NCBI GenBank assembly: GCA_041660065.1
Contig: JBAZXC010000001.1
Coordinates: 136,535 to 200,534, forward strand
Length of the DNA stretch: 64,000 nucleotides
Origin: Parcubacteria group bacterium
GTDB lineage: Bacteria; Patescibacteriota; Minisyncoccia; Moranbacterales; GCA-2747515
Reading direction: 5' to 3'
Shown here in pieces: positions 11,069 to 21,533 of this stretch. Made by a program: the position numbers and the translations under genes. The stretch's first letter is position 1. Each line of letters begins with the position of its first letter. Under the pieces are notes generated by a model. That model did not search any database and was not told the origin of the DNA. It was given only the letters and a program-made list of their open reading frames with translations.

Positions 11069-11506
11069 ATGAAATTCAAGCTCGTATTGATCGGTAAGTC
11101 ATGGAAAGACAACGTGTGGGGGTTGACGATGGTCAATGCTCTCAATGATGTTAAATTTAATGCCGTATTGGCGGATATTTTTGATGCATGTATCGAAGGT
11201 GCAAACAAAATGGGACCGGCCGAATTGTATCGGCAAGATGACGACTACGGAAAACATCCCCGTTTTCCTGATCGTGTGGCGATCAGTATTTGTTTTTCGC
11301 AAGCGTTTGATAAAGATGGTCGAGATTGGGAAAGGTTTGCAAGATCTGTTGTGGATCATGTAAAGGCAACACTGAGTGATGCACGAAATAAGATGGGAGG
11401 ATTAACGGAAACGCACAATGTGCAACTTTTTTTTGAAGGACATGTCACGAATTTTTCCGGAGCAAGCAGATTTATCGAAATTGGACCGATGAACATGCAC
11501 GTGTGA
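11069..11506 (+). CDS. Hypothetical protein (145 aa)
   Basis: A GGAGGT RBS lies upstream. The composition is coding-like. I recognise no family. Confidence 0.45.
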   Translation: MKFKLVLIGKSWKDNVWGLTMVNALNDVKFNAVLADIFDACIEGANKMGPAELYRQDDDYGKHPRFPDRVAISICFSQAFDKDGRDWERFARSVVDHVKATLSDARNKMGGLTETHNVQLFFEGHVTNFSGASRFIEIGPMNMHV

Positions 11507-11534
11507 TCTTGGATGGTAAAGCAATAACAAAATC

Positions 11535-11570
11535 AAAAAAGCAGCGATTACTCGCTGCTTTCTTTTTTTA
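11535..11570. terminator. Bidirectional rho-independent terminator between convergent genes
   Basis: AAAAAA-GCAGCGA-ttac-TCGCTGC-TTTCTTTTTTT. Both orientations have U-tracts. Confidence 0.65.
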
Positions 11571-11604
11571 CAAAGATGTTTTAAATATCCTGTAAGAAGT
11601 CGTA

Positions 11605-11805
11605 TTACGCTCGGCTAACATTCACTGCGTTCTGGCCTTTAGGACCATCAGCAATTTCAAATGTTACGTCGTCACCTTCCTGAAGGTCATTGAATTCAAC
11701 ACCCTGCAATTCAGATGCATGAAAGAACAAGTCTTTTTCTGCACCATCTTGAGAGATGAATCCAAAACCACGGTCTGTGAGACGAGCAATTTTTCCTTTG
11801 TTCAT
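11605..11805 (-). CDS. Cold-shock protein, CspA family
   Basis: MNKGKIARLTDRGFGFISQDGAEKDLFFHASELQ…FEIADGPKGQNAVNV contains the RNP1/RNP2 motifs of the cold-shock domain. Confidence 0.9.
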   Translation of the reverse strand: MNKGKIARLTDRGFGFISQDGAEKDLFFHASELQGVEFNDLQEGDDVTFEIADGPKGQNAVNVSRA

Positions 11806-12000
11806 CGTTTGGAATAGCTTATATTTGTTACTTTATTCAAATACAGGTGGTCTGTTCGATGAAACTCGACTAAGATCTTCTTACAGTTCTGATTTGATTG
11901 CATCAAGTATAACAAGGATTGAAAATTTTGTCAAGGTGTGCCTTGTTGACGCAATGTGATATAATTGTATCGATGTGTAAACAAAAAATAATAAAAATAT

Positions 12001-13044
12001 ATGAATCAACAGATTGTGGCGTATCTCCAAACGAACAAAGGGCAGTACACGCAAGAATCATTGGTGGCACAATTGCGTGGTGCGGGACACAATGAGAATG
12101 ATATTGCTGATGCGGTAAATGCGGTTTATGGGGGCGTATCTGCGTCACCGGTACCAGGTGTGCAAACGGTAAAATATGCGGGATTTTGGATCCGTTTTGT
12201 CGCGGTGATCGTCGATAGTATCATTGTTAGCATTGCAGGCGGGATCATAGGATTTATCCTGGGATTTATTTTGGCGGCCGTTGCAGGAACGGGAAGCGAC
12301 AGTCTTTTTGGAGGCATGTTGTCATCGCTTATCGGTCTGTTGATAACATGGACGTATTTTATTTTCATGACGCATAATTTTCAGGCGACGCTTGGCAAAA
12401 AATTATTGGGACTTGAAGTGCGTGCATCAGACGCATCAAGTAAAGCGACACTCGGCAGTATTATTTTACGTGAAACAATCGGCAAACTTCTTTCGATGAT
12501 CTTCTATATTGGGTATATCATGGCGGGATTCACAGCAAAAAAACAAGGGTTGCACGATATGATCGCAAAAACAGTCGTTGTATATAAAGATCCGCAAAAG
12601 AAGTCTTCCACAGCAATTATCGTTACCATTATTCTTCTTGTGGTTTTTATGACAATCGCAATTGTCGGGATCATTGCTTCGGTTATGTTTGTATCCCTCA
12701 ATTCTGCACGCGATAAAGCGTCAGGTAGCAATTATGAGAGCATAAATGAGATGCCTGGCAATGGCTATGAGAGCACAACAGATCCTGTCGGGGATGTCGG
12801 TACGTACGCGGATGCAATTCTGACGCAAGATACGATGCAAGGCGTTGTGGCAAAGCTCTCGATACTCGGATGTGACCAATATGAATCATATGAGCCACAT
12901 ATCCTTACGGATGTTGCATATACCGGAAATGATGTGCGTTCGTGGGAGGAGCGATGGGTCGTCTCCGGTTGCGGGAGTGAATATCCCATAGATATCACAT
13001 TTACTGAAACGCGTGGAGAGGGCACCGTATGGACGATCAAATAA
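12001..13044 (+). CDS. RDD-family membrane protein with C-terminal extension
   Basis: YAGFWIRFVAVIVDSIIV…R…D… is the RDD-domain pattern, with about 3 TM helices. An extended -10 (TGtgaTATAAT) lies upstream. Confidence 0.55.
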   Translation: MNQQIVAYLQTNKGQYTQESLVAQLRGAGHNENDIADAVNAVYGGVSASPVPGVQTVKYAGFWIRFVAVIVDSIIVSIAGGIIGFILGFILAAVAGTGSDSLFGGMLSSLIGLLITWTYFIFMTHNFQATLGKKLLGLEVRASDASSKATLGSIILRETIGKLLSMIFYIGYIMAGFTAKKQGLHDMIAKTVVVYKDPQKKSSTAIIVTIILLVVFMTIAIVGIIASVMFVSLNSARDKASGSNYESINEMPGNGYESTTDPVGDVGTYADAILTQDTMQGVVAKLSILGCDQYESYEPHILTDVAYTGNDVRSWEERWVVSGCGSEYPIDITFTETRGEGTVWTIK

Positions 13045-13308
13045 CGGATCAGATGGCATAAATCGACCGCAAATAAAGATAAGAAGATCAATACTGTGGG
13101 CACGACATTTTATGCTCGCAGTATTTTTATGTACATGCGTCAGTGTTGTCCTTTGAGGATTTTTTTGATACAATAGTCATATATGTGGACAAAAAAGAGA
13201 AAGAAGACAATATATATTTTTTGGGTGATTTTCTCCATTCTTATGATTATTTCAATGGTGGGCTTTCTTTTGTTGCCATTGCTTTATGTTTAAAAAAGGA
13301 GCATCTCT

Positions 13309-13689
13309 ATGAATCAAAATTTTCGTACGATCATCACGGCCGTATTGTTTATTGGAAGCATTGTCGTCATATCGATAACGCTTGTTTCTGTTGTAAAGGA
13401 AAAACGTCGCTCGCATGCAATTCAGGACGAGATCATCGCTTTGCAAAATGAAAAAAAACAATATGAACATGAAAATGGTGATTTGATGGATCGTATCGCA
13501 TATTTGCAGTCGGAGCATTCCTATGAGAAAGAAGCAAAAACCCTCAATTATAAAAATCCGGGTGAACGTGTTGTAGTAATTCGTCGTTCGCAGGATGAGT
13601 TGTCTGACACGCAACCAAGTGATGATACAAAAAACGGTGATGTGGCATTTGTGCCGCATTATCGCATATGGTTTAATTATTTTTTTTAA
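13309..13689 (+). CDS. FtsB/DivIC-like septum-formation initiator (single TM + coiled coil)
   Basis: N-terminal TM, then IQDEIIALQNEKKQYEHENGDLMDRIAYLQSEHSYEKEAKTLNYKNPGERVVVI. This matches the DivIC/FtsB heptad region plus a ...E.ARE.LGY..PGE-like tail. An AAGGAG RBS lies upstream. Confidence 0.55.
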   Translation: MNQNFRTIITAVLFIGSIVVISITLVSVVKEKRRSHAIQDEIIALQNEKKQYEHENGDLMDRIAYLQSEHSYEKEAKTLNYKNPGERVVVIRRSQDELSDTQPSDDTKNGDVAFVPHYRIWFNYFF

Positions 13690-13700
13690 AATAAAATTGT

Positions 13701-14732
13701 ATGAACGACAGGCATAAGAAGATTTTAACGGTGATCAGCGCAATTGTATTTATTGTAATCATTTTTATCGGTGTGGTTACCTATATATTTCGTATGGATA
13801 CACCTGCTGTTGTTTATGTGAGACAGGCGTTACATTTTCCTGCCGTTATTGTGGACGGTGTGTGGATTTCTATGAAGGAAATGGAAGAAAACACGCTCTC
13901 GATCAAGCAGTTTTATGAAAATCAGGACTTTTCTTCTTACGGTATACGCATTGATTTTACGACAGATGATGGCAAAAAACGTCTCAAGATCGAACAAAAA
14001 AAGATGTTAAACAAGCTGATCGAAGACAAAGCAATTGCGGCAATAGCAAAGGAATGGAACATTTCTATCAGTGATGAGGCTGTTCAAACAGCGATGGACC
14101 GGCCGATGGATGAGGCGGGTACGCGAGAAAGCGTGAAAGAACAATTAAAAAATCTCTATGGGTGGACATTGGATGATTTTGGCAGAAAAGTGGTGTATGA
14201 GCAATTATTGCGCAGAAAGGTTTCCGAAGAATTTGATAAAAAAAATGTTGCTACCGACGCAATGCATGAGCAAATCAATAAAGCAAAAAAAGAGCTTGAT
14301 GATGGGCGAACTTTTGCAGATGTTGCAACAAAGTATTCCAATGGATCGACGGCATCGGAGGGTGGTGTGATGGGGTGGTTTGCCGCAAGTGATCTGCAAA
14401 AGGAAATTGGTGACAAAATATTTACAATGGAAAAAGGTACGTATACCGATGTAATTGAAACATCGCTGGGATTACATATTGTACAGATCAACGATGTGGC
14501 GGAAAAAGATGGTATAAAATTAATGCACGTTTCGCAAATCATTGTCAAAAAACAAACATTCGCACAGTTTTTGGAAGAGAAAATCAAAAAAATGAATGTA
14601 AAGATCTTTTTGCCACAGTATGTATGGGACAAGGAAAATGGTCTTATCATTTTTAAAGATGATGATATGAAAGCTTTTGAAGAAAAAATGCGTACTGAAG
14701 AGGCAGAGGCGCAAAATGCCTCAAGTAAGTAA
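13701..14732 (+). CDS. Parvulin-type peptidyl-prolyl cis-trans isomerase (PpiC/PrsA/SurA-like), membrane-anchored
   Basis: N-terminal TM. The rotamase domain is …FADVATKYSNGSTASEGGVMGWFAASDLQKEIGDKIFTMEKGTYTDVIETSLGLHIVQI…. Confidence 0.7.
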   Translation: MNDRHKKILTVISAIVFIVIIFIGVVTYIFRMDTPAVVYVRQALHFPAVIVDGVWISMKEMEENTLSIKQFYENQDFSSYGIRIDFTTDDGKKRLKIEQKKMLNKLIEDKAIAAIAKEWNISISDEAVQTAMDRPMDEAGTRESVKEQLKNLYGWTLDDFGRKVVYEQLLRRKVSEEFDKKNVATDAMHEQINKAKKELDDGRTFADVATKYSNGSTASEGGVMGWFAASDLQKEIGDKIFTMEKGTYTDVIETSLGLHIVQINDVAEKDGIKLMHVSQIIVKKQTFAQFLEEKIKKMNVKIFLPQYVWDKENGLIIFKDDDMKAFEEKMRTEEAEAQNASSK

Positions 14733-14760
14733 TACATTAAACAAATTCTAATAAAAGTTT

Positions 14761-16029
14761 ATGAACGAAGATCATGTTTTCACCGTGCAACCAAAAGAAG
14801 AGTTGGTTGTGTCACATAAAACGGTTTTGCCCACGTTGTTATTGGTGGGTGCCATCAGTCTTTTGGTGAGCATTGCCGGAAGTGCGATCGTGTGCGCATT
14901 TGTTTTTGAGCGATATGTGCAAAAGTTGTCTGCGCAACAAGAAAGTCCTGTGGCAAAAGAAGTTGTACGATTGCAAGATGATAATATTGTTGCCATGGTG
15001 GAGAATGTCTCACCCGCTGTTGTGAGTATAGTTGCGACAAAAGAGGTACCACAGTACCAGCAGTTATTTAGAAATTCACCACTGAACTTGTTTTTTGGCG
15101 TTCCAAATCAACAACAGGAACAGCAGCAACAAAATGTTCCGAGTGAAAAACAAAAGGTTGGTGGTGGAACGGGATTCTTTATTTCCACTGATGGAATGAT
15201 CGTGACCAATCGTCATGTTGTCGCAGATACGGATGCGGAGTATACCGTTTTTTTGTCGGATGGATCTGAACACGTGGCTACTGTTTTGGCACGGGATGAA
15301 TATTTGGATTTTGCTGTGTTAAAAATAGATGGTGATAATTTTACGGCGGTTGATCTGGGAAATTCAGATGATATCAAGATCGGACAGACGGTGGTTGCAA
15401 TCGGCAATTCTTTGGGCGAGTTTTCAAATTCGGTAAGTCGCGGCATTATATCCGGTATGCAGAGAAATATTGTTGCCGGTGGCGGTCTTGGCGGCACAGA
15501 GGAACTGACGAACATCATTCAAACTGATGCGGCAATCAACTTTGGCAATTCCGGCGGTCCGTTGCTTGATGTGAACGGAAAGGTGATCGGGATCAACACT
15601 GCGGTAGCGCAGGGAGCTGAAAATATCGGATTTGCCATTCCGATCAGTCAAGTGACACGTCTGATCGATGAAGTAAAAAATAATGGAAAAATTTCCCGGC
15701 CATTTGTCGGCGTGCGCTATGTGGACATGACAGATGAGATAAGGAAAGCGTTAAATGTGTCATATGACCATGGTGTCTTGATCGTGCGAGGGGAACGCAT
15801 CACTGATTTCGCGGTATTGCCCGGATCTCCGGCAGACAAGGCAGGTCTTATGGAAAATGATATTATATTGGAAATTGAGGGAGTAAAGATTGACAAAACA
15901 CATTCTCTGACGGAGCAGATCAATCATTATAAAGTTGGTGATTCTGTTACACTGAAAATCTGGCACAAGGGAGAGGAAAAGGACATAAAAATTCTCCTAG
16001 AGGACAAGGTGGCACAAAATCAAAAATAA
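14761..16029 (+). CDS. HtrA/DegP-family serine protease with PDZ domain
   Basis: Catalytic His is in TNRHVV, Asp in DFAVLKI, Ser in GNSGGPLLD. N-terminal TM. A C-terminal PDZ domain is present. Confidence 0.85.
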   Translation: MNEDHVFTVQPKEELVVSHKTVLPTLLLVGAISLLVSIAGSAIVCAFVFERYVQKLSAQQESPVAKEVVRLQDDNIVAMVENVSPAVVSIVATKEVPQYQQLFRNSPLNLFFGVPNQQQEQQQQNVPSEKQKVGGGTGFFISTDGMIVTNRHVVADTDAEYTVFLSDGSEHVATVLARDEYLDFAVLKIDGDNFTAVDLGNSDDIKIGQTVVAIGNSLGEFSNSVSRGIISGMQRNIVAGGGLGGTEELTNIIQTDAAINFGNSGGPLLDVNGKVIGINTAVAQGAENIGFAIPISQVTRLIDEVKNNGKISRPFVGVRYVDMTDEIRKALNVSYDHGVLIVRGERITDFAVLPGSPADKAGLMENDIILEIEGVKIDKTHSLTEQINHYKVGDSVTLKIWHKGEEKDIKILLEDKVAQNQK

Positions 16030-16053
16030 ATCGTAAGTGAAAATCTTTTGCGT

Positions 16054-18657
16054 ATGAATATCGAACAATTCACTACAAAATCACAAGAGGCGTTACAATT
16101 GGCGCAGAGAAGTGCAATGCGCTATGGCAGCCAATCAATTCTTCCGGCGCATTTGGCGGAAACGTTAATTGTGCAGGAGGGGTCGATTGTACCAATTGTA
16201 TTGAAAAAAAACGATATTGCATATAATGATCTTACACAAGAGATCATATCGATCATAAACACATCTGGCGCGAAAACAAATGCAAAGGAGCAGGATCATA
16301 CACAAGTGTATGTCTCACAGGAGCTTTCACGCATATTGACAGAGGCAGAATCTGAGATGAAGGATATGGGAGACACATTTATCTCAACGGAGCATGTTAT
16401 GTTGGCTGTGCTTGCAGTGGATCAAGAATTGCGCGATATATTCAAAAAATATGGTGTTACGTATGATTTTTTCAAAAAAGCGATTACGGACGTGCGCGGT
16501 GAGACACATGTAGACAGCCAAAATCCCGAAGAGACGATGCATATGATCCAGAAGTTTACCGTCAATCTGACGGAAAAGGCGCGCAAGGATACACTCGATC
16601 CTGTGATCGGGCGAGATGATGAGGTGCGTCGTGTGATGCAAATTCTCTCACGACGGACAAAAAATAATCCTGTTTTGCTCGGAGAGCCGGGCACGGGGAA
16701 AACGGCAATTGTGGAAGGACTTGCACAGAGAATTGTTGCGGGTGATGTGCCGGAATCTCTCAAAAATAAAGAAATCCTTGCACTTGACCTCGGACAGTTG
16801 ATTGCTGGTGCAAAATTTCGGGGTGAATTTGAAGATCGCTTGAAAGCGCTTATCAAAGAACTGGATGCGAGTGCGGGGCGCATGATCCTTTTTATTGATG
16901 AATTGCACACGTTGGTTGGTGCGGGAGCAAATGAGGGTGCAATGGATGCCTCAAACATGCTCAAACCTGCGTTGGCACGCGGTGAAATACGCACGATTGG
17001 CGCGACAACATTGAAAGAATATCAAAAATATATCGAAAAAGATGCGGCATTGGAGCGACGATTTCAGCCGGTGTATGTGACGGAACCATCAGTACAAGAC
17101 ACAATTGCAATTTTGCGCGGCATAAAAGAGAAATATGAATTACATCATGGTGTGCGCATTACCGATGATGCTGTGATTGCAGCAGTTGATTTGTCGCGTC
17201 GTTATATTTCTGATCGATTTTTGCCGGACAAGGCTGTGGATTTGATTGATGAGGCGGCGTCATCGTTGCGTATGGAAATCGATTCAATGCCTGTGGAGGT
17301 TGATCAGATGGAGCGAAAGATCCGGCGTATGGAGATCGAAAAAAAAGCATTGCAAAAAGAAAAAAAGAACGGTAATGTGGCAAAAATTGAAAAAATTGAC
17401 AAAGAACTGTCAGAATTGAAAGAACAATCAAAAAAAACACTCATGCAGTGGCATGCAGAAAAAGACGTTTTGAAGTCCGTGCAGACAGCAAAGGAAAAGA
17501 TCGAGCGATTGCGCATTGAGTCGGATAATTTGGAACGCACAGGAGATTTTGATAAAGTTGCGGAGATTCGTTATAGCAAAATTCCGGAAGCGGAAAAAGA
17601 AATCAAAACAGCGCAAGAAAAATTACATGCGATTCAGGGGGATGGAGCGATGTTGCGAGAGGATGTAACGGAGGAAGATATTGCACGCGTGATATCGCGA
17701 TGGACAGGTGTGCCCGTGTCCAAGATGTTGGGCTCTGAAATGGAAAAATTGGCAACGATGGAAAAAGAATTGGCACAACGTGTCGTCGGACAGAAAGATG
17801 CGATTGATGCTGTGGCAAATGCTGTGCGACGTGCACGGGCGGGTATTTCTGATGAACATCGGCCGATTGCATCATTTATATTTTTGGGACCGACAGGTGT
17901 GGGTAAAACAGAGCTGGCAAAAGCATTGGCGGAGTTTTTATTTGATGATGAACGATCGTTGGTGCGCATTGATATGAGTGAATACATGGAAGCACACGCT
18001 GTGGCACGGTTGATCGGGGCGCCACCCGGATATGTTGGATATGAAGAGGGCGGTCAATTGACGGAGATCATTCGACGAAAACCGTATAGTGTCGTGTTGT
18101 TTGATGAGATCGAAAAAGCGCATCCGGACGTTTTTAATATTTTCTTGCAAATTTTGGATGACGGACAATTGACCGATAGTAAGGGACGCCTTATCAATTT
18201 CAAAAATACGGTTATTATTATGACGTCAAACATCGGTTCTGATGAGATTTTTGCCGCACAAAAAAGTCACAAAAAAGACAAAACAGATATGAATGAGACG
18301 ATCATGGCGCAAATGCGCAAAAGGTTCAAGCCGGAATTTCTCAATCGCATTGACGATATTATTGTCTTTCACGCATTGACACAAGAGATGATTACATATA
18401 TAGTTGATATTCAGTTGGATCAAGTGCAAAAAAGGCTCATCGAAGAAAAGATCGCACTTGATGTTTCTGATGAAGCGCGCACACTTCTTGCAAAAAAAGG
18501 ATTTGATCCCGCATATGGCGCACGACCGCTTAAGCGCATTATCCAAAAAATGGTACTTGATCCGCTCGCGATGAAAATCGTGGAAGGAAAGATCGGTGCC
18601 GGGCAGACGGCATATGTGCATGTGACAAAAGACACGATCGACATATCAGTAAAATAA
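16054..18657 (+). CDS. clpB: Chaperone ClpB (AAA+ disaggregase)
   Basis: Clp_N; two AAA modules ([17 protein letters not shown]; [21 protein letters not shown]); a long middle coiled coil; ClpB_D2-small. ATG at 16054. The track begins at an upstream TTG at 16048. Confidence 0.95.
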   Translation: MNIEQFTTKSQEALQLAQRSAMRYGSQSILPAHLAETLIVQEGSIVPIVLKKNDIAYNDLTQEIISIINTSGAKTNAKEQDHTQVYVSQELSRILTEAESEMKDMGDTFISTEHVMLAVLAVDQELRDIFKKYGVTYDFFKKAITDVRGETHVDSQNPEETMHMIQKFTVNLTEKARKDTLDPVIGRDDEVRRVMQILSRRTKNNPVLLGEPGTGKTAIVEGLAQRIVAGDVPESLKNKEILALDLGQLIAGAKFRGEFEDRLKALIKELDASAGRMILFIDELHTLVGAGANEGAMDASNMLKPALARGEIRTIGATTLKEYQKYIEKDAALERRFQPVYVTEPSVQDTIAILRGIKEKYELHHGVRITDDAVIAAVDLSRRYISDRFLPDKAVDLIDEAASSLRMEIDSMPVEVDQMERKIRRMEIEKKALQKEKKNGNVAKIEKIDKELSELKEQSKKTLMQWHAEKDVLKSVQTAKEKIERLRIESDNLERTGDFDKVAEIRYSKIPEAEKEIKTAQEKLHAIQGDGAMLREDVTEEDIARVISRWTGVPVSKMLGSEMEKLATMEKELAQRVVGQKDAIDAVANAVRRARAGISDEHRPIASFIFLGPTGVGKTELAKALAEFLFDDERSLVRIDMSEYMEAHAVARLIGAPPGYVGYEEGGQLTEIIRRKPYSVVLFDEIEKAHPDVFNIFLQILDDGQLTDSKGRLINFKNTVIIMTSNIGSDEIFAAQKSHKKDKTDMNETIMAQMRKRFKPEFLNRIDDIIVFHALTQEMITYIVDIQLDQVQKRLIEEKIALDVSDEARTLLAKKGFDPAYGARPLKRIIQKMVLDPLAMKIVEGKIGAGQTAYVHVTKDTIDISVK

Positions 18658-18664
18658 TATTTTT

Positions 18665-19414
18665 ATGATTGCTCATTTGCGCAGCTTGTTGTTTACAATC
18701 GTCTTTTTTATAGGCGTGGAGTTGATAATAACATTTTCGCTTCTTGGAGAAAGAAAAGGTCTTGTGCTGGGTGCTGTATTGTTACTTTTTGCACTGTACG
18801 CGGGGTGGAATGTGGGGAAATCTTTTATTTATGCATTTTTTCCATTTGCTTTGGCACTTGCTTCATTTGGGTTGTTATATTTTATTGACAATTTTCAAGA
18901 GAGGCAGATATTCAGTGTGTTGGTTTCCATTTTGTATTATGCAACATTACTGGGTATCAAACGTATTTGTAAAAATCCATTCGATATGACAGCACGAAGT
19001 TTATTCTCAGCGGCACTTATTGCAACAATTTTCCTTTTTTATGCTGTTGTGTATGGTTTTTATATCAATTTCAATATCCCACTCTGGTTGTTTATGGCGA
19101 CGCATTTTGTTTTTGTCAGTACGATTACGTTTGTTTCTTTGCGTTCTTATTCCAGCGATATCAAGAGGATACTTTTATATAGTACGATCATTGCTTTTGT
19201 AATGATCCAATTCGTATGGATGACAAACTTTTGGCCGTTTGGATACCTTACCATGGCGGCGATCAATTTAATGTTCTATTATATATTATGGGATATGGTT
19301 CAGATGGTTTTTTTGGAGACATTGTCAAAAAGACGTATTCTCATCTCAATTATTTATTGTATAATTTTGACTGTGGCTGTGCTTTTTACAACACAGTGGC
19401 TGTTGGTTGATTAA
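18665..19414 (+). CDS. Hypothetical polytopic membrane protein
   Basis: 249 aa with about 7 predicted TM helices. I recognise no family. Confidence 0.45.
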   Translation: MIAHLRSLLFTIVFFIGVELIITFSLLGERKGLVLGAVLLLFALYAGWNVGKSFIYAFFPFALALASFGLLYFIDNFQERQIFSVLVSILYYATLLGIKRICKNPFDMTARSLFSAALIATIFLFYAVVYGFYINFNIPLWLFMATHFVFVSTITFVSLRSYSSDIKRILLYSTIIAFVMIQFVWMTNFWPFGYLTMAAINLMFYYILWDMVQMVFLETLSKRRILISIIYCIILTVAVLFTTQWLLVD

Positions 19415-19423
19415 TATATTTTT

Positions 19424-20578
19424 ATGAAAAAAATTGGAAAAATTTTAGGAATTACAGGGGTCATTTTTCTCGTTGGTGGTATTGGCGGCATGCTTTTTGA
19501 TTACATCTTTTTTGCACATTTTGTCAATAATCCTGTGTGGGCGGACAGTCCTTTCGTGCAAACAATGGCCAGTCGTTATCAAGTGATCAAAAATACTGAA
19601 AAAGTTATCGTAGAGAATAGTGAATCAATTGCCGATATTGCATCACGTGCGGCAACATCTGTTGTGTTTGTTGAAGCGGTAAATGCCGATGGAAAGAGTT
19701 TATCTGGAAACGGCGTGATCGTCAGTAGTGACGGTGTGATCGCGACGACGGATGCTGTTGTGCCGGACGGTTACAATACGCAATATGTCAAATTTGCAGA
19801 TGGCACGACGCGTCCTGTGACAGCAATGTATCTCGATGCATATAGTGGTATTGTTTTTTTGAAAACAGATGTCCAAAACCTCGCGACAATATCATTTGCA
19901 AACTCTGATGATGCACAAAGCGGAAAACGATTGATCAGTATTATGCAGGATCGCTCGGAAAACAGCACACACTTTTCTTCCGGTGGCTTGGTGGGCAATA
20001 TCTATGATTTTAGCGTGCGTGGTCCGGCCAGTGATCATCTTCAAGGGACATTGGATATTGATTTTTCCGATGCAGTGTTCAAAGAGAATATCGGATCGCC
20101 GGTTGTTGATTATCAAGGAAATATGGTGGGATTGATCTCGATGAAAAAAAGTATCGTTCCGACGGAAGAAGAAGCATATTATGCGATTGCGGCAAATGAT
20201 GTTTACAAAGCATTTGAAAAATATTTATATACAACCAATGCGACAGAGGGTCAGGCTCCCGCACAGCCGATCTTGTTGGGCGTGAACTATGCGGTGATCG
20301 GGGGAATCGATGCCTATACGAAAAAACTTCCGGTTGATCGTGGCGCAATGATCGTTGCACCGGCAACGTATCAAGAAACAGCACTATTCAACAGCACTGT
20401 CGGAGCAAAGAGTGGCTTGCACGGAGGCGATGTGGTGATCATGGTGAATAATGATGAGGTAACGGCAAAAAACAATTTGTCACGTCTCTTGAACAAGTAC
20501 ACAAGTAATGACATGATCACGCTTAAAGTTTTGCGTGCGGGAGAAATTGTCACTGTGACAATTCCACCACAAGCGTAG
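19424..20578 (+). CDS. HtrA-like trypsin-fold protein with PDZ domain, predicted catalytically inactive (His and Ser of triad replaced)
   Basis: Aligned to the adjacent active HtrA, the His position reads ATTDAVV (versus TNRHVV) and the Ser position reads ENIGSPVVD (versus GNSGGPLLD). The Asp region is retained. N-terminal TM. The C-terminal PDZ-like region reads …GGDVVIMVNNDEV…. Confidence 0.6.
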   Translation: MKKIGKILGITGVIFLVGGIGGMLFDYIFFAHFVNNPVWADSPFVQTMASRYQVIKNTEKVIVENSESIADIASRAATSVVFVEAVNADGKSLSGNGVIVSSDGVIATTDAVVPDGYNTQYVKFADGTTRPVTAMYLDAYSGIVFLKTDVQNLATISFANSDDAQSGKRLISIMQDRSENSTHFSSGGLVGNIYDFSVRGPASDHLQGTLDIDFSDAVFKENIGSPVVDYQGNMVGLISMKKSIVPTEEEAYYAIAANDVYKAFEKYLYTTNATEGQAPAQPILLGVNYAVIGGIDAYTKKLPVDRGAMIVAPATYQETALFNSTVGAKSGLHGGDVVIMVNNDEVTAKNNLSRLLNKYTSNDMITLKVLRAGEIVTVTIPPQA

Positions 20579-20601
20579 GTTTTCCACAATAAATAGAGGT
20601 T

Positions 20602-20636
20602 TGACAGGGTATGAGAAGACACGTATAGTGCAGACA
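20602..20636 (+). promoter_or_regulatory. Strong sigma70-type promoter (TTGACA-17-TATAGT)
   Basis: TTGACAgggtatgagaagacacgTATAGT lies upstream of ORF 20694. Confidence 0.5.
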
Positions 20637-20693
20637 ACGTGTCGTAGTTCTTTTCATATAATTGCGGAATAATTCAGGAGGAGGGAATCTATC

Positions 20694-21344
20694 ATGATCG
20701 GGAAATCAAGAAGGTTTGGATGTCTAGATGAGGATATGGAGCTATTTCGACAGGTGCAACGTGTCGCTGAGGAGCTCATTGCTGTTATCAGGACGAACTT
20801 TACTTGGGGAGTAAATGTACGCGATGTGCGAAAGGCACAGTATCTGGAGGGATATGCATACATGGCAAATGGCGTGGCGTTGATCTTTTACAGGCTGTCA
20901 ATGTATCTGATTACACCGTGGGGCATGTGGAAAATACTTGATTTTGATGGAGCCAGTGACTATTATTCAGCACGGGCACAACGCGATGAAATTGCTGAAT
21001 TTTTTAAGGGAGAACCATTTTGGCGGTATGATTTTCGATCGCGCGACGTTGAACTTGATACGGCCTATGGACTGCATTCCGTGAAAGGCAAGGCTCTGAC
21101 TGAGCCGGTTTTTTTGGAATTAATGTCGTGGGATGACCCTGTTGATCATATATCGCGCATGCGCTCATGGAATAATCTCATTGAACGTGTGCGGGAAGTA
21201 CAAAAAGAGGGGAATAAGAATAGGATCAAAAAATTCACGTTCCGCCCATTGCGCAACGGACGGTTTCGTTGTATTCAAACCAAAAAGAAACTCAAGAGGG
21301 GTGCTGTGGATGCATATCGCAGGACGCAGGAAAAAATGCGATAA
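20694..21344 (+). CDS. Hypothetical protein (216 aa)
   Basis: A GGAGGAGGG RBS lies 7 nt upstream of the ATG. The promoter and terminator are intact. I recognise no family. Confidence 0.55.
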   Translation: MIGKSRRFGCLDEDMELFRQVQRVAEELIAVIRTNFTWGVNVRDVRKAQYLEGYAYMANGVALIFYRLSMYLITPWGMWKILDFDGASDYYSARAQRDEIAEFFKGEPFWRYDFRSRDVELDTAYGLHSVKGKALTEPVFLELMSWDDPVDHISRMRSWNNLIERVREVQKEGNKNRIKKFTFRPLRNGRFRCIQTKKKLKRGAVDAYRRTQEKMR

Positions 21345-21373
21345 AATCACTGATATCTATCCTTTTTATAAAA

Positions 21374-21402
21374 CACTTGTCTGTAATGGGCAGGTGTTTT
21401 TT
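21374..21402 (+). terminator. Rho-independent terminator (stem with G·U pairs)
   Basis: CACUUGUC-ugUAAUg-GGCAGGUG followed by UUUUUU. Confidence 0.5.
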
Positions 21403-21462
21403 AATTGTGCCAGAGGTAGTTATTTATCTTTTTCCAAAAAAACAGACGTCATTGCGAGGAGG

Positions 21463-21533
21463 AACGACGAAGCAATCTTGAGCATTGTACAAAAAACGGT
21501 CTATGCATATGAGATTGCTTCGTCGTCCCTTTT
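21463..21533. repeat. 70-bp hairpin element: 15-bp perfect inverted repeat ACGACGAAGCAATCT…AGATTGCTTCGTCGT around a 33-nt loop; a related copy lies in the island at 47005-47058
   Basis: Read directly. The island copy (rc) reads GCGAGGAGcGGAACGA[agtgtagcga]CGAAGCAATCTcGAtCATTG, against GCGAGGAGGAACGACGAAGCAATCTtGAgCATTG here. Confidence 0.5.
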
